From a virus (Duplodnaviria; Heunggongvirae; Uroviricota; Caudoviricetes), in the IMG/VR virus record IMGVR_UViG_3300010365_001407, positions 49,463 to 113,462 of that record: a DNA stretch of 64,000 nt; one strand, written 5' to 3'. Made by a program: the position numbers and the translations under genes. Shown here piece after piece: positions 16,784 to 25,827 of this stretch (within the stretch, counting starts at the first letter, position 1; each line of letters begins with the position of its first letter). Below the pieces are notes generated by a model. The model saw nothing but the letters and a program-made list of their open reading frames with translations, was not told where the DNA came from and searched no databases.

Positions 16784-18039
16784 TATATTGTGAAAAGTTT
16801 ATCTATAACTTCTTTATCATCTGTTTCAGATATTTCTTCTAGTATTCTACTTACTTTACCTTTTGTATCATTGACAATTTCTTTTCTAACAGATAATTCA
16901 AGTAGTAATTTAGTTTGTTCATCTAACTCAATATCTTTATCTAACTTATTCTTTTCTAATACAGATATTGCAATTATAGGGTCATCCTTATACACTTCAA
17001 GAAGTTTCTTTATAAGATTAATCTGTTCTGATAACTTTAGACCTTTTAGATTAGATATTGCATTAGGTGCATTGTAAACAAATCTTGAAAGAAGTTTAAT
17101 ATCTTCTTCACTTACTTCTTTATCAACATAATCTGGTGTATCATAAAAATAATGTAAGTGTTCCCAAATTAATTGTAGATTTTGATTTTTATTACTATAA
17201 ATATTTCTAATATAGAATAAATAGTTATCAGCTTTTAAATCTGATAGGTTTTTATCTTCAAATACTCTTTGATTACTAGATACTAACTTCCAAAGTTTAA
17301 CATCTTTGTTTTGTGAAACTCTGAGCCATTCAATACATTGAACATCTTTCTGTAAATAAAAGAACTCACTTAATCTATCAATGTATTTAGCAAATACCTC
17401 TAAATATCTTTCTTGAAATCTAACTTTATATGGACTTAAATGAACATTTTCACTTAAAGCATATTGTAAGATATTTAATTCAAAGTCAGTAAGAGTAGCA
17501 TTTAATTCATCTGCTTTTTTGATTATTCTTAATACTGTATGAGAAGGTGTCTTAACATTAGTAATTCTTAATATTCCTGTCTCTAAGAATTTTTCAAATT
17601 CATCAGTCCAGTAATATTCATCATTATCAATTGAATATCCAATTGCTGTACAATTAATATCAAAAGAATCAATTACCACTCTTGGTTCTGGTGAATTAGA
17701 TTGATACTTTATATAATTGAATATACCATCTTTAGTAGATTCAGTTATACAATAAAAATCTTTTTCTTTAGTCATAAATGCAATACCATTATAATCTTCA
17801 TACCAAATATCTTCTTTGGTAGAGTGTTCATAAAGTGTTTGAGATTTATCTTGTATTAATTTTTCTAATATACCATCAAATAAAAAAACATCAATATCAT
17901 TGATGATGGCTTTGTTACCTGATACTTCTTCCCAGATTAGGTTTGCAATAGATCCACCAGCAATAAAACCACTTTGAGGAAGACCCCAAGTGGTTTTAAT
18001 TCTATCAATTGCTTTTTCTGCTAATTGTTTTACATTCAT
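16783..18039 (-). CDS. pol-beta-superfamily nucleotidyltransferase (class-I-CCA-like or CD-NTase-like head), function unknown
   Basis: 418 aa; N-terminal GFIAGGSIANLIWEEVSGNKAIINDIDVFLF fits the hG[GS]...[DE]h[DE]h nucleotidyltransferase signature. Confidence 0.5.
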   Translation of the reverse strand: MNVKQLAEKAIDRIKTTWGLPQSGFIAGGSIANLIWEEVSGNKAIINDIDVFLFDGILEKLIQDKSQTLYEHSTKEDIWYEDYNGIAFMTKEKDFYCITESTKDGIFNYIKYQSNSPEPRVVIDSFDINCTAIGYSIDNDEYYWTDEFEKFLETGILRITNVKTPSHTVLRIIKKADELNATLTDFELNILQYALSENVHLSPYKVRFQERYLEVFAKYIDRLSEFFYLQKDVQCIEWLRVSQNKDVKLWKLVSSNQRVFEDKNLSDLKADNYLFYIRNIYSNKNQNLQLIWEHLHYFYDTPDYVDKEVSEEDIKLLSRFVYNAPNAISNLKGLKLSEQINLIKKLLEVYKDDPIIAISVLEKNKLDKDIELDEQTKLLLELSVRKEIVNDTKGKVSRILEEISETDDKEVIDKLFTI

Positions 18040-18227
18040 TATTTTTTCTTTTTAATGTTCATTATCTCTGCCATATGGTCATTGATAACTCTTCTTGTTG
18101 TGTTTTCCTTATAAGTTTCCTTTACCTCTTTATTTTCAGGTGTATCATCTTTCTTTATTAAGATTTTATATACAGCACCAGTTATTAGTACTGCTATGAA
18201 TAAACTTGGTATAATGTATTTTGCCAT
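18039..18227 (-). CDS. small single-pass membrane protein
   Basis: 62 aa; hydrophobic N-terminal helix IIPSLFIAVLITGAVYKILI; start overlaps the stop of the upstream ORF. Confidence 0.4.
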   Translation of the reverse strand: MAKYIIPSLFIAVLITGAVYKILIKKDDTPENKEVKETYKENTTRRVINDHMAEIMNIKKKK

Positions 18228-18243
18228 AGTTTTTTATTATTAT

Positions 18244-18888
18244 CTATAAAAACATTTCATCTATCTCTGAAAACTCTTTCTTAGATTGTTCCATTAGAAT
18301 ATGACGACCATTTCTAATTTGAGATTTTATAGTAGATAAGTTTTTATCTAATTTATCTGCTATGTCTTTATATGACATTCTGTCAATCTCTCTCATTTCA
18401 ATAACTGTCTTATAAGGTTCTTTCAATTCTGAGATATGTTTCTTCAAAACATCTGCTTTTTTACTATACACATCATAAACTGCTTCATTACTTTCAGTTT
18501 CTTGTATAAAGTCTTTTAGAGTAGTTCCTTCATCATCAAATTCAATGTCTAATGAAATACTTCTGTTTTCTATTTTTAAGTCTTGTAATGCAAGATTTCT
18601 TGCTATTGTAAATAACCAAGTTGAAAATTGAGCTTTCTCTTTATCATACTTGTCTATTTTTTCCAGTGCTACTATGAAAGAGTCTGTAGAAATATCCTCT
18701 GCTTTTTGCACATCCTTACATATCTTAGATATGAAGTAAATTAATTTTGGGTAGTATTTTGAGTAAAGTGTTGAAAAGTCTTTACCAGTTCTTTCTTTAA
18801 AAATTACTTCTTGTTCACTGAACAAGCTCATTGGGGCTGCTGTTGATACCATTAATTGCTTTTTAGTTTTTTGTTGACTTGCTGTCAA
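18244..18888 (-). CDS. sigma-70-family (ECF-like) RNA polymerase sigma factor
   Basis: 214 aa; region-2-like FSTWLFTIARNLALQDLK and region-4 HTH MSYKDIADKLDKNLSTIKSQIRNGRHIL. Confidence 0.65.
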   Translation of the reverse strand: MTASQQKTKKQLMVSTAAPMSLFSEQEVIFKERTGKDFSTLYSKYYPKLIYFISKICKDVQKAEDISTDSFIVALEKIDKYDKEKAQFSTWLFTIARNLALQDLKIENRSISLDIEFDDEGTTLKDFIQETESNEAVYDVYSKKADVLKKHISELKEPYKTVIEMREIDRMSYKDIADKLDKNLSTIKSQIRNGRHILMEQSKKEFSEIDEMFL

Positions 18889-18983
18889 TTGCTTTTGATT
18901 TATTTGATTGCTTTATATTGTAACAATTTATATTACAAAGTATATATAAAGTTTGATTAGTCCTCTATGTTTTTTTATACTTT

Positions 18984-19397
18984 TTAATTGTCAAAAAAGA
19001 ATAAACACCTAACCTTCTCTGGGTCAGTATCTAATTGTTTCATCTTTTCAATTGTTTCAAAAAATTCTGAAATATATTCTGTCTCATACTTTGACCAGTC
19101 AACATCTAATAATTCTTTTAATGTGAAGTAAGATTTTGAATGTGCATCTCCTTCCCATTGTCTTAACTGTTCTTTATAAGCATCTGAAATATCATCAGGA
19201 ACACCTCTTGGTTCACTAATAGATTCATCACCACCTCTTACACCAGCTAAGATACCAAATAAATAGTAATTTCTACCAGCATAGAATCTTTTATCTCTTA
19301 CTACTGACCAGTAAGCATATTCATCGTCTTCATCTGCAAATCCTAAAATACCAAATATTAATCCACCTACTAATAATCCTACTATAAATGCCCACAT
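18984..19397 (-). CDS. membrane-anchored hypothetical protein
   Basis: 137 aa; N-terminal TM helix MWAFIVGLLVGGLIFGILGF. Confidence 0.45.
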   Translation of the reverse strand: MWAFIVGLLVGGLIFGILGFADEDDEYAYWSVVRDKRFYAGRNYYLFGILAGVRGGDESISEPRGVPDDISDAYKEQLRQWEGDAHSKSYFTLKELLDVDWSKYETEYISEFFETIEKMKQLDTDPEKVRCLFFFDN

Positions 19398-19401
19398 AAT
19401 T

Positions 19402-19704
19402 TTAATCTATTAATTGATTTAACTTTTTTTCTCTAATTCTTCTTGTTACCTCACTTCTGAGTAATTCTTTATCAGTATTAAACTCTCTATAATATCTGAA
19501 CTTATATGCAGTCATTATAGTATTAAACTGTTTTTCATCTGCATTAATCATGTTATCTAAGATACCATCTTCAACATCTTTATAAAATCTGACTGCACCA
19601 AAATCTTCACCTCTATGATTATCATTATACCTTTTAAGAACATCAGTCATTTCTTTCATGTTTTGAATCATATTATCTAAATGTAATTCTAATTCTTCAT
19701 TCAT
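19402..19704 (-). CDS. hypothetical protein
   Basis: 100-aa ORF. Confidence 0.45.
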   Translation of the reverse strand: MNEELELHLDNMIQNMKEMTDVLKRYNDNHRGEDFGAVRFYKDVEDGILDNMINADEKQFNTIMTAYKFRYYREFNTDKELLRSEVTRRIREKKLNQLID

Positions 19705-19705
19705 A

Positions 19706-20050
19706 CTAAATATTTTCTAAAATTGATTTCCATGTTTTTTCACCTAATTCTGGTTCAATCTTTTTTGTAACTACAAATATAGATGTTGAAAATATTTCAC
19801 CAGAGAATTTTTCATTTGGTAAAACTTCCATAATTTCAATTGGATATGATGATAAAATAGTTCTTTGGTCATATACATATAAAACTACACAATGATGATA
19901 AGTTATATCATTACCAATGATACTTTTGAAACACATAACATCACCTTTATTGGGTATTCTATCAGTTTCAAAGTCTGTTGGTAAATCAATTTCTTTATCA
20001 ATATCAACAAATATTATACCATTGTAAAATGCACTTTTCTGCTTATTCAT
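19706..20050 (-). CDS. hypothetical protein
   Basis: 114-aa ORF. Confidence 0.45.
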   Translation of the reverse strand: MNKQKSAFYNGIIFVDIDKEIDLPTDFETDRIPNKGDVMCFKSIIGNDITYHHCVVLYVYDQRTILSSYPIEIMEVLPNEKFSGEIFSTSIFVVTKKIEPELGEKTWKSILENI

Positions 20051-20268
20051 TATTTCTTTCTTATAAAATATCCACTAACCCATTCTTCTTTATCAGAAAC
20101 ATTAGATTTTACTAAGTACTCTGTATAAGAATATACTTCAAACTCTGTCTGATTTTTAGTTCTTTTATCTAAAACTAAACTTTCTTCTAAAGGTTTACCA
20201 TCATGTTCTACAAAAGTAACAATTACTTTATCATCAATTTCTGCATTATCATTATACATTATATACAT
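20050..20268 (-). CDS. hypothetical protein
   Basis: 72-aa ORF. Confidence 0.4.
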   Translation of the reverse strand: MYIMYNDNAEIDDKVIVTFVEHDGKPLEESLVLDKRTKNQTEFEVYSYTEYLVKSNVSDKEEWVSGYFIRKK

Positions 20269-22088
20269 TATTTCAACATATTTTCTAATTCATCAACAGT
20301 AAGGATTTTAACTCCTAAACTAATTGCTTTTGTTTCTTTACTTGATCCTGAACCTTTAGCTTTCATTACAAGGTGAGAAGTAGTTTTTGATACAGATGAA
20401 CCAATTTTACCACCTCTTGATGTAATAGTTTCTTCTAAATCAGCTCTTCTTACTCCAGTAAATACAAATGATGTACCAGCTAAATCATCACCAACTTGAA
20501 CAGCTTCCACTTTTTGTGCAATTGTTATTGGAAGGTCTTTAACAAATGTATAGAATTTATCATAACTATCCAAATAAGACTTGGCTGAAATCTCAGCAAA
20601 TCCTTCTATTGACATAACTTGTTCTAATGTAGGCTTTTCTGAAAACTCTAATAGAGCTAATTTTTTACTACCTAATCCTTTAAATAATCCTGTTGCATGT
20701 TGTAATTTAGATAATTCAACATTCTCAGTACATTTTCTAATTGAATCAAATACAATAGCAGCTTTTCTCTTACCAAATCGATCGATTGATTCAAAATCTT
20801 TTTTAGTTGCATTTAAAACAGCTTCAACTGTTTGGTAACCTGCATCCCATAATTGATTAATAACACCTTCTCCAACATTATCGGCTTCTAAAATTTCAAA
20901 GAAAGAAACAATTTGTTTTGTTTTTTGTGTATCAGTTTCAGTTAGAGTAATCAATTCAATTCCTGCTTCATTCCATCCAAGTTCAACACCTTCAATTGTT
21001 GGTAGAACAAACTCAACAGTTTTAGTAACTTCAACGATTTTAGGAATAACCATACCACTGCGGATTACTCTAATTTTTGAACCAATACCCAATCCATTAT
21101 CCTTAACAAATTTTGCATTATTTCCAGTTACATTAGAAACAGTTACTCCATCTAAATTAATTGGTTCCACCTGTATAACAGGTTTCAATAAACCCTGTTT
21201 AGAAATATTCCAAGTTATTCCAGTTACTGTTGTTATTTTATTTTCAACAAAAGAAATGTGTTTAAAAGCTCTTGAAAAACAAGGATTTGATGTTGAAGTT
21301 TCTCTACCTAATTCTTCTTGTAATTTTAGATTATTTATCTCAATAATAAGACCATCAATTTCATAATCAATAGACCACTCTTTGAATAAATCAATTAATA
21401 AGTTTTCTGATAAATCAGATATTTTAGAGATATGATAAGAAACTTTAATATCTTGATTATTATTTAGTTCATCAATAAGTTCTTTTTTTGTAGATAATCC
21501 ATCAATAACACCACCATATTTAATATAATCAATATCTTCTAATATATCATGTAAAGTTTTAGAATTCAACATTCCAGCTACTAAGTTTCTAGGATTTGCA
21601 AATTCTTTTGAGTATTTATCTAAAAATACTTTTTTAGACATTATGACTTCTCCATAAGTTATGGAAAAGTTTGTATTTTTATTAAGTTTATTGTTTATTA
21701 ATTTATAATGTTCATTAGAATTTTGTCCAATAAACCCATCACCTCTAGTAGTTGCAGTATCTTTTATTTCATCAACACATAAAGATAATCCATCAAACTT
21801 AGGAGTAATAATCACCTCTTCATTTTTAGATATTCCTTTTAACCTACACCAATCAGATATTTCCTCCATAGTTTTAATCTTATTCATACTAAACATAGGA
21901 ATAGGTAATTTAACCTTTCTAGAATCATCCAATACTTCAATTCCTACTTTATTAAAGTATTCATTTTCTGGATCATACTCTAAAAGAGTTTCTAGTAATT
22001 GATCATAATCATAATCAGACATTATAGGATTTCCTTGTCTGTATTTATCATTAGCTTCTTCTAATTTTTCTACTATTCTATCTATCAT
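20268..22088 (-). CDS. ligA: NAD-dependent DNA ligase (LigA-like)
   Basis: 606 aa; N-terminal Ia-like YDYDQLLETL, adenylation motif TPKFDGLSL (KxDG) and a C-terminal BRCT-like FVFTGVRRADLEETITSRGGKIGSSVSKTTSHLVM. Confidence 0.75.
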   Translation of the reverse strand: MIDRIVEKLEEANDKYRQGNPIMSDYDYDQLLETLLEYDPENEYFNKVGIEVLDDSRKVKLPIPMFSMNKIKTMEEISDWCRLKGISKNEEVIITPKFDGLSLCVDEIKDTATTRGDGFIGQNSNEHYKLINNKLNKNTNFSITYGEVIMSKKVFLDKYSKEFANPRNLVAGMLNSKTLHDILEDIDYIKYGGVIDGLSTKKELIDELNNNQDIKVSYHISKISDLSENLLIDLFKEWSIDYEIDGLIIEINNLKLQEELGRETSTSNPCFSRAFKHISFVENKITTVTGITWNISKQGLLKPVIQVEPINLDGVTVSNVTGNNAKFVKDNGLGIGSKIRVIRSGMVIPKIVEVTKTVEFVLPTIEGVELGWNEAGIELITLTETDTQKTKQIVSFFEILEADNVGEGVINQLWDAGYQTVEAVLNATKKDFESIDRFGKRKAAIVFDSIRKCTENVELSKLQHATGLFKGLGSKKLALLEFSEKPTLEQVMSIEGFAEISAKSYLDSYDKFYTFVKDLPITIAQKVEAVQVGDDLAGTSFVFTGVRRADLEETITSRGGKIGSSVSKTTSHLVMKAKGSGSSKETKAISLGVKILTVDELENMLK

Positions 22089-22089
22089 A

Positions 22090-22275
22090 TTAAAATTCTT
22101 TTTCTATATTTTTACCTCTTTTTTCCATATCTTCTCTAATCAACTTCTCAATATATCTTGACCTCTTGGGTATTTCATTTTTATCCAAAAAATCATCTAA
22201 TTTATCTAATAGTTTTTCATTAACAGAAAATGATATTTTTCTTTTCTTTTTATCCTCAGATTTCTTATTTGCCAT
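22090..22275 (-). CDS. ribbon-helix-helix (CopG/Arc-like) DNA-binding protein
   Basis: 61 aa; KISFSVNEKLLDKLDDFLDKNEIPKRSRYIEKLIRED is a typical RHH beta-strand plus two helices. Confidence 0.55.
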   Translation of the reverse strand: MANKKSEDKKKRKISFSVNEKLLDKLDDFLDKNEIPKRSRYIEKLIREDMEKRGKNIEKEF

Positions 22276-22360
22276 TGTATATTTTTTATTTTACAAATAT
22301 ATATAAAATATTTCAATTTATTACAAAAAAAGTATAAAATTATTACTTTTTGAGTTTTGA

Positions 22361-22380
22361 AACTTAATATATACTATAAC
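22361..22380 (+). promoter_or_regulatory. AACTTAATATATACTATAAC promoter-like motif
   Basis: Upstream of the small ORF at 22400; a mirror motif at 22290-22320 serves the divergent RHH gene. Confidence 0.35.
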
Positions 22381-22399
22381 AAAAATAAGTAATTAAATT

Positions 22400-22567
22400 A
22401 TGAAAACAAAGAGTAAAAAGGAAAAAGTGATAGTATCATTATCAATTGACCAAAAATTAGATGATTATATGAATGAAATGTTTGATAATAAATCTCAATA
22501 TATTGAGTGGTTGGTAGAACAGGATTTATTAAAAAATGGAATAGATTTAGAAAAAATTATACTATAA
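22400..22567 (+). CDS. small RHH-like protein, 55 aa, not in the supplied ORF track
   Basis: Manual translation: MKTKSKKEKVIVSLSIDQKLDDYMNEMFDNKSQYIEWLVEQDLLKNGIDLEKIIL. Its stop overlaps the ATG of the next gene (TAATATG). Confidence 0.4.
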   Translation: MKTKSKKEKVIVSLSIDQKLDDYMNEMFDNKSQYIEWLVEQDLLKNGIDLEKIIL

Positions 22568-22568
22568 T

Positions 22569-23312
22569 ATGAAAAGGAAAGGTAATGGATATTGGACATA
22601 TGAAAGATGTAGAGAAGAAGCTTTAAAATATATTAGTTCATCTGAATTACAAAGAAATTGTAGTAGTGTATATAATAAAATCTATATTAATGGTTGGAAT
22701 GAACTTACTCAACATTTTATTAAAATTGGGAATAGATATAAAAGATTGGTATATGTTTATGAATTTAGTGATAATTTTTTCTATGTAGGTCTTACAGGTA
22801 ATATCAATAGAAGAAGAAAACAACATATTAATGATATTGATAGTTCTGTCTATAAACATTCAAAATTAACAAAGTTAAATCCAAATTTATTGATAGTATC
22901 TGATTATATTGATGTTGATAATTCAGTAGAATTGGAAAAAATCTATTTTGATAAATATATTAAAAATGGTTGGATTTCACTTAATAAAGTAAAAACTGGT
23001 AATATTGGTTCATGTAATATAAAATGGAACAAAGAAGAATGTATTAAAGAGAGTTTGAAATATTCAAAGATAATAGATTATCAGAGAAATTCTAAAAGTT
23101 CATATAACTCAGCACTTAAAAATGGTTGGGTTGATGAAATATGTTCTCATATGATAAGAAGAAAGTGTAAAAATGGTGAATATAATGATAAAAACAAATG
23201 TTTTATTGAAGCAAGTAAATACAAAAGTAAGTCAGAGTTTCATAAAAATAATTGGAGTGCCTGGAATTACTCAAAAAAGAATGGTTGGTTGTATGATTTT
23301 TATGATAACTAA
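22569..23312 (+). CDS. GIY-YIG domain (homing-endonuclease-like) protein
   Basis: 247 aa; RLVYVYEFSDNFFYVGLTGNINRRRKQH GIY-YIG core with repeated W-containing modules either side. Confidence 0.55.
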   Translation: MKRKGNGYWTYERCREEALKYISSSELQRNCSSVYNKIYINGWNELTQHFIKIGNRYKRLVYVYEFSDNFFYVGLTGNINRRRKQHINDIDSSVYKHSKLTKLNPNLLIVSDYIDVDNSVELEKIYFDKYIKNGWISLNKVKTGNIGSCNIKWNKEECIKESLKYSKIIDYQRNSKSSYNSALKNGWVDEICSHMIRRKCKNGEYNDKNKCFIEASKYKSKSEFHKNNWSAWNYSKKNGWLYDFYDN

Positions 23313-23361
23313 CTTTTAATAATAATACTATATAATATAGATAAAAATAAAATAAATAATA

Positions 23362-24528
23362 ATGGATTTTACAAATAAATATAATGATAAAGAGAAAAAG
23401 AAAAATGGAGTTTTTTACACTCCAAAAGACATAGCTGAGTTTATGGCTAGTAAAAGTAAGTTTGATGATGGTAAAGGTATATGGTTGGATCCTTGTTGTG
23501 GATTAGGTATATTAGCCATATCACTGGCATCAATTCAAGATGATCCTATTGATTTTATAGAAAATAGACTCATAATCAATGATATGGATAAATTTCAATT
23601 AGATATAGCCTTAAATAATTTTAAAGAAAAATTTGGTGTTATTCCTAAAAGTTTCAATGAGGATTTTTTATCTTATGATTTTAAGTGTGATTATGTTATA
23701 ATGAATCCACCTTACTTCAAATATAAAGATAGTGATATATATGCATATTTTATAGAAAAGGTTTGTAATATATCAAATGGATTTATTAGTATAAATCCCA
23801 TTTCATTTACTAATGGTTCAAAATTTAAAAAGATTAGAAAATCTATTTTAGATTTTAGTTCTATAAATTTGTATCATTTTGACAATATACCAGGTCATAT
23901 TTTTGATGATGCTGATGTTAGAGTTTCTATAATTGTATCAAGTAATGTAGAAAATAATAGAAAGACAACTACTCAAATTAGATGGCAATCAAAGAAGAGG
24001 GAAGAAATGATTAAAAATTTGGATAGTAATTTAGATGAAGCTATTTTTACAGAAGATATTTTTTATAAAACATCACCAAATACAACACATCTTATACATG
24101 ATAATACATTATCAAATTATGTGGTTAATAAATCAGATTATCCAATTTATATCACTAGTCTTACAAGATATTTTATAACAGGATCAACTAAAAAATTAGA
24201 TAGAAATGGTCAGATAGAGATTTTTCTAAAAGATGAAGATTCATATAATAAAGCTTTAATTATGATAAATAGTTCATATCTTTATTGGTGGTGGAGAACA
24301 TCAGATAGTTCAATGTCTTTAACTAAAAGAACTTTATTATCTTTACCATGGATAGATTTCAAATATGAAAATGATATAATATCTGAGGTATTGGAAAGTG
24401 AGAATATAAATAAGGTGTATAAAATGAATGCTGGGAAATCACAGGAAAATATTAAACATAGTAAAGAATTGGTTGCCAAATTAAATTCATTATTTATACC
24501 AGGGGACTTTATTAAACTTCAAGATTAA
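23362..24528 (+). CDS. N6-adenine DNA methyltransferase, gamma class (TaqI/Eco57I-like)
   Basis: 388 aa; motif X GVFYTPKDIAEFMA, motif I LDPCCGLGILAISLA, motif IV VIMNPPYF, then a variable TRD-like C-terminal half. Confidence 0.75.
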   Translation: MDFTNKYNDKEKKKNGVFYTPKDIAEFMASKSKFDDGKGIWLDPCCGLGILAISLASIQDDPIDFIENRLIINDMDKFQLDIALNNFKEKFGVIPKSFNEDFLSYDFKCDYVIMNPPYFKYKDSDIYAYFIEKVCNISNGFISINPISFTNGSKFKKIRKSILDFSSINLYHFDNIPGHIFDDADVRVSIIVSSNVENNRKTTTQIRWQSKKREEMIKNLDSNLDEAIFTEDIFYKTSPNTTHLIHDNTLSNYVVNKSDYPIYITSLTRYFITGSTKKLDRNGQIEIFLKDEDSYNKALIMINSSYLYWWWRTSDSSMSLTKRTLLSLPWIDFKYENDIISEVLESENINKVYKMNAGKSQENIKHSKELVAKLNSLFIPGDFIKLQD

Positions 24529-24531
24529 AAA

Positions 24532-24561
24532 TAAAAAATTCCCTTAAAGGGAATTTTTTAT
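24532..24561. terminator. bidirectional terminator hairpin
   Basis: AAAATTCCC-TTAAA-GGGAATTTT between the convergent gene ends. Confidence 0.6.
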
Positions 24562-25487
24562 TTTGTGTTTAGAAAATGTTGTATAGATACTTCACCAACA
24601 TGTTGTTTAATTTTACCAAAATCTATATATGTTCTACCATCATTATCTTCTTTAAGATCAGTCTTTTTGAAAGAAAAAGTTGCATTTTTGTGTATATATT
24701 TATATCTACTTGAAGTTCTTCCACCTCTTTGTATAATATCTTCAATATCATTCTTATTAACATAATGTTTATTATCAACTAAGGATAATTTGTTTTCAGT
24801 AAAAACTTTTCTAGTATTTCTACCACAACTTCTAACCTCTATCTTAAATGAAAACTTACTTTTATATTCATCAATTGTCATTATACTTATTATACCATTA
24901 TTATCATAACTAATAATGTGATCAAAGTTATTTGTAATAATATCTTCAATATTAAAAATTTTATTATGTCCTTGGTTTTCTAAAATATTGTAGTTTTCTA
25001 ATTCACCACCAGTTTCAAATAAAGATTTTACATATTCCTTATATTTTTCATTTTTTGATGTAAAATCAATTGGTTTACCATTATCATCATATGTAAATCC
25101 ACAAGATTTACCATATGCAACAGGTTCTTTTATTTCAAAGATTTTAATTTTATTTTCAATCTTATCAGTTATTACCAAATCTGACATTCCTGAACCACCA
25201 TCTTGTTTAATAGAATATCTTTCATTTTCATAAATACCATTCCCAATATAAACACATCCTAAATGATTTGCTATTGTTTGTATTATCATGGTTTCAACTA
25301 TTCTACCAGGTTGGAATAAAATTAAATTATTTATTCTATTATTTATATCATTTCTTAGGAATGGTAAATTTTCTAAAATATCAGATACTTCATCAATTCT
25401 TTCAAAATTATCTCTCACTGCATTTTTAATTTTATTTAGTGATGCTAAATTTATTCTTAACTCTTTATTTTTTAACTCTTCTATCAT
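24558..25487 (-). CDS. hypothetical protein, candidate PD-(D/E)xK restriction endonuclease partner of the adjacent methyltransferase
   Basis: 309 aa; central GMSDLVITDKIENKIKIFEIKEP resembles a D...(D/E)xK catalytic core. It is convergent and terminator-sharing with the MTase. Confidence 0.4.
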   Translation of the reverse strand: MIEELKNKELRINLASLNKIKNAVRDNFERIDEVSDILENLPFLRNDINNRINNLILFQPGRIVETMIIQTIANHLGCVYIGNGIYENERYSIKQDGGSGMSDLVITDKIENKIKIFEIKEPVAYGKSCGFTYDDNGKPIDFTSKNEKYKEYVKSLFETGGELENYNILENQGHNKIFNIEDIITNNFDHIISYDNNGIISIMTIDEYKSKFSFKIEVRSCGRNTRKVFTENKLSLVDNKHYVNKNDIEDIIQRGGRTSSRYKYIHKNATFSFKKTDLKEDNDGRTYIDFGKIKQHVGEVSIQHFLNTK

Positions 25488-25518
25488 ATTACTATTATTT
25501 TTTTACAAAGATAAGGTA

Positions 25519-25770
25519 TTAAACTAATTTATCCAAATTTTTATTTCTATTATATGTTTTTTCATCATAGACTTCTATGACATATCCTTCTATCTTAAAC
25601 TCAGTTGCCCATTTGTCATAACCTGTCTTATAGGAAGGATGTTTTTCTAATACCTTATCAATTGCTTCTTGTTTGTTTTCAGCTACTACTTGAAAACTTG
25701 GCATTGGTCCACTTCTCCAACCACCATCATTAAATGTTACATCATATATTTTCATGACACAAATATACAA
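25519..25770 (-). CDS. hypothetical protein
   Basis: 83-aa ORF. Confidence 0.45.
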   Translation of the reverse strand: MYICVMKIYDVTFNDGGWRSGPMPSFQVVAENKQEAIDKVLEKHPSYKTGYDKWATEFKIEGYVIEVYDEKTYNRNKNLDKLV

Positions 25771-25792
25771 AATAAAACTTAAAGAATAAACA

Positions 25793-25810
25793 AAAATTAA
25801 TATATACTAA
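25793..25810 (+). promoter_or_regulatory. AAAATTAATATATACTAA promoter-like motif
   Basis: 17 nt upstream of the ATG at 25828. Confidence 0.35.
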
Positions 25811-25827
25811 AAAATCATTTTAGAATA

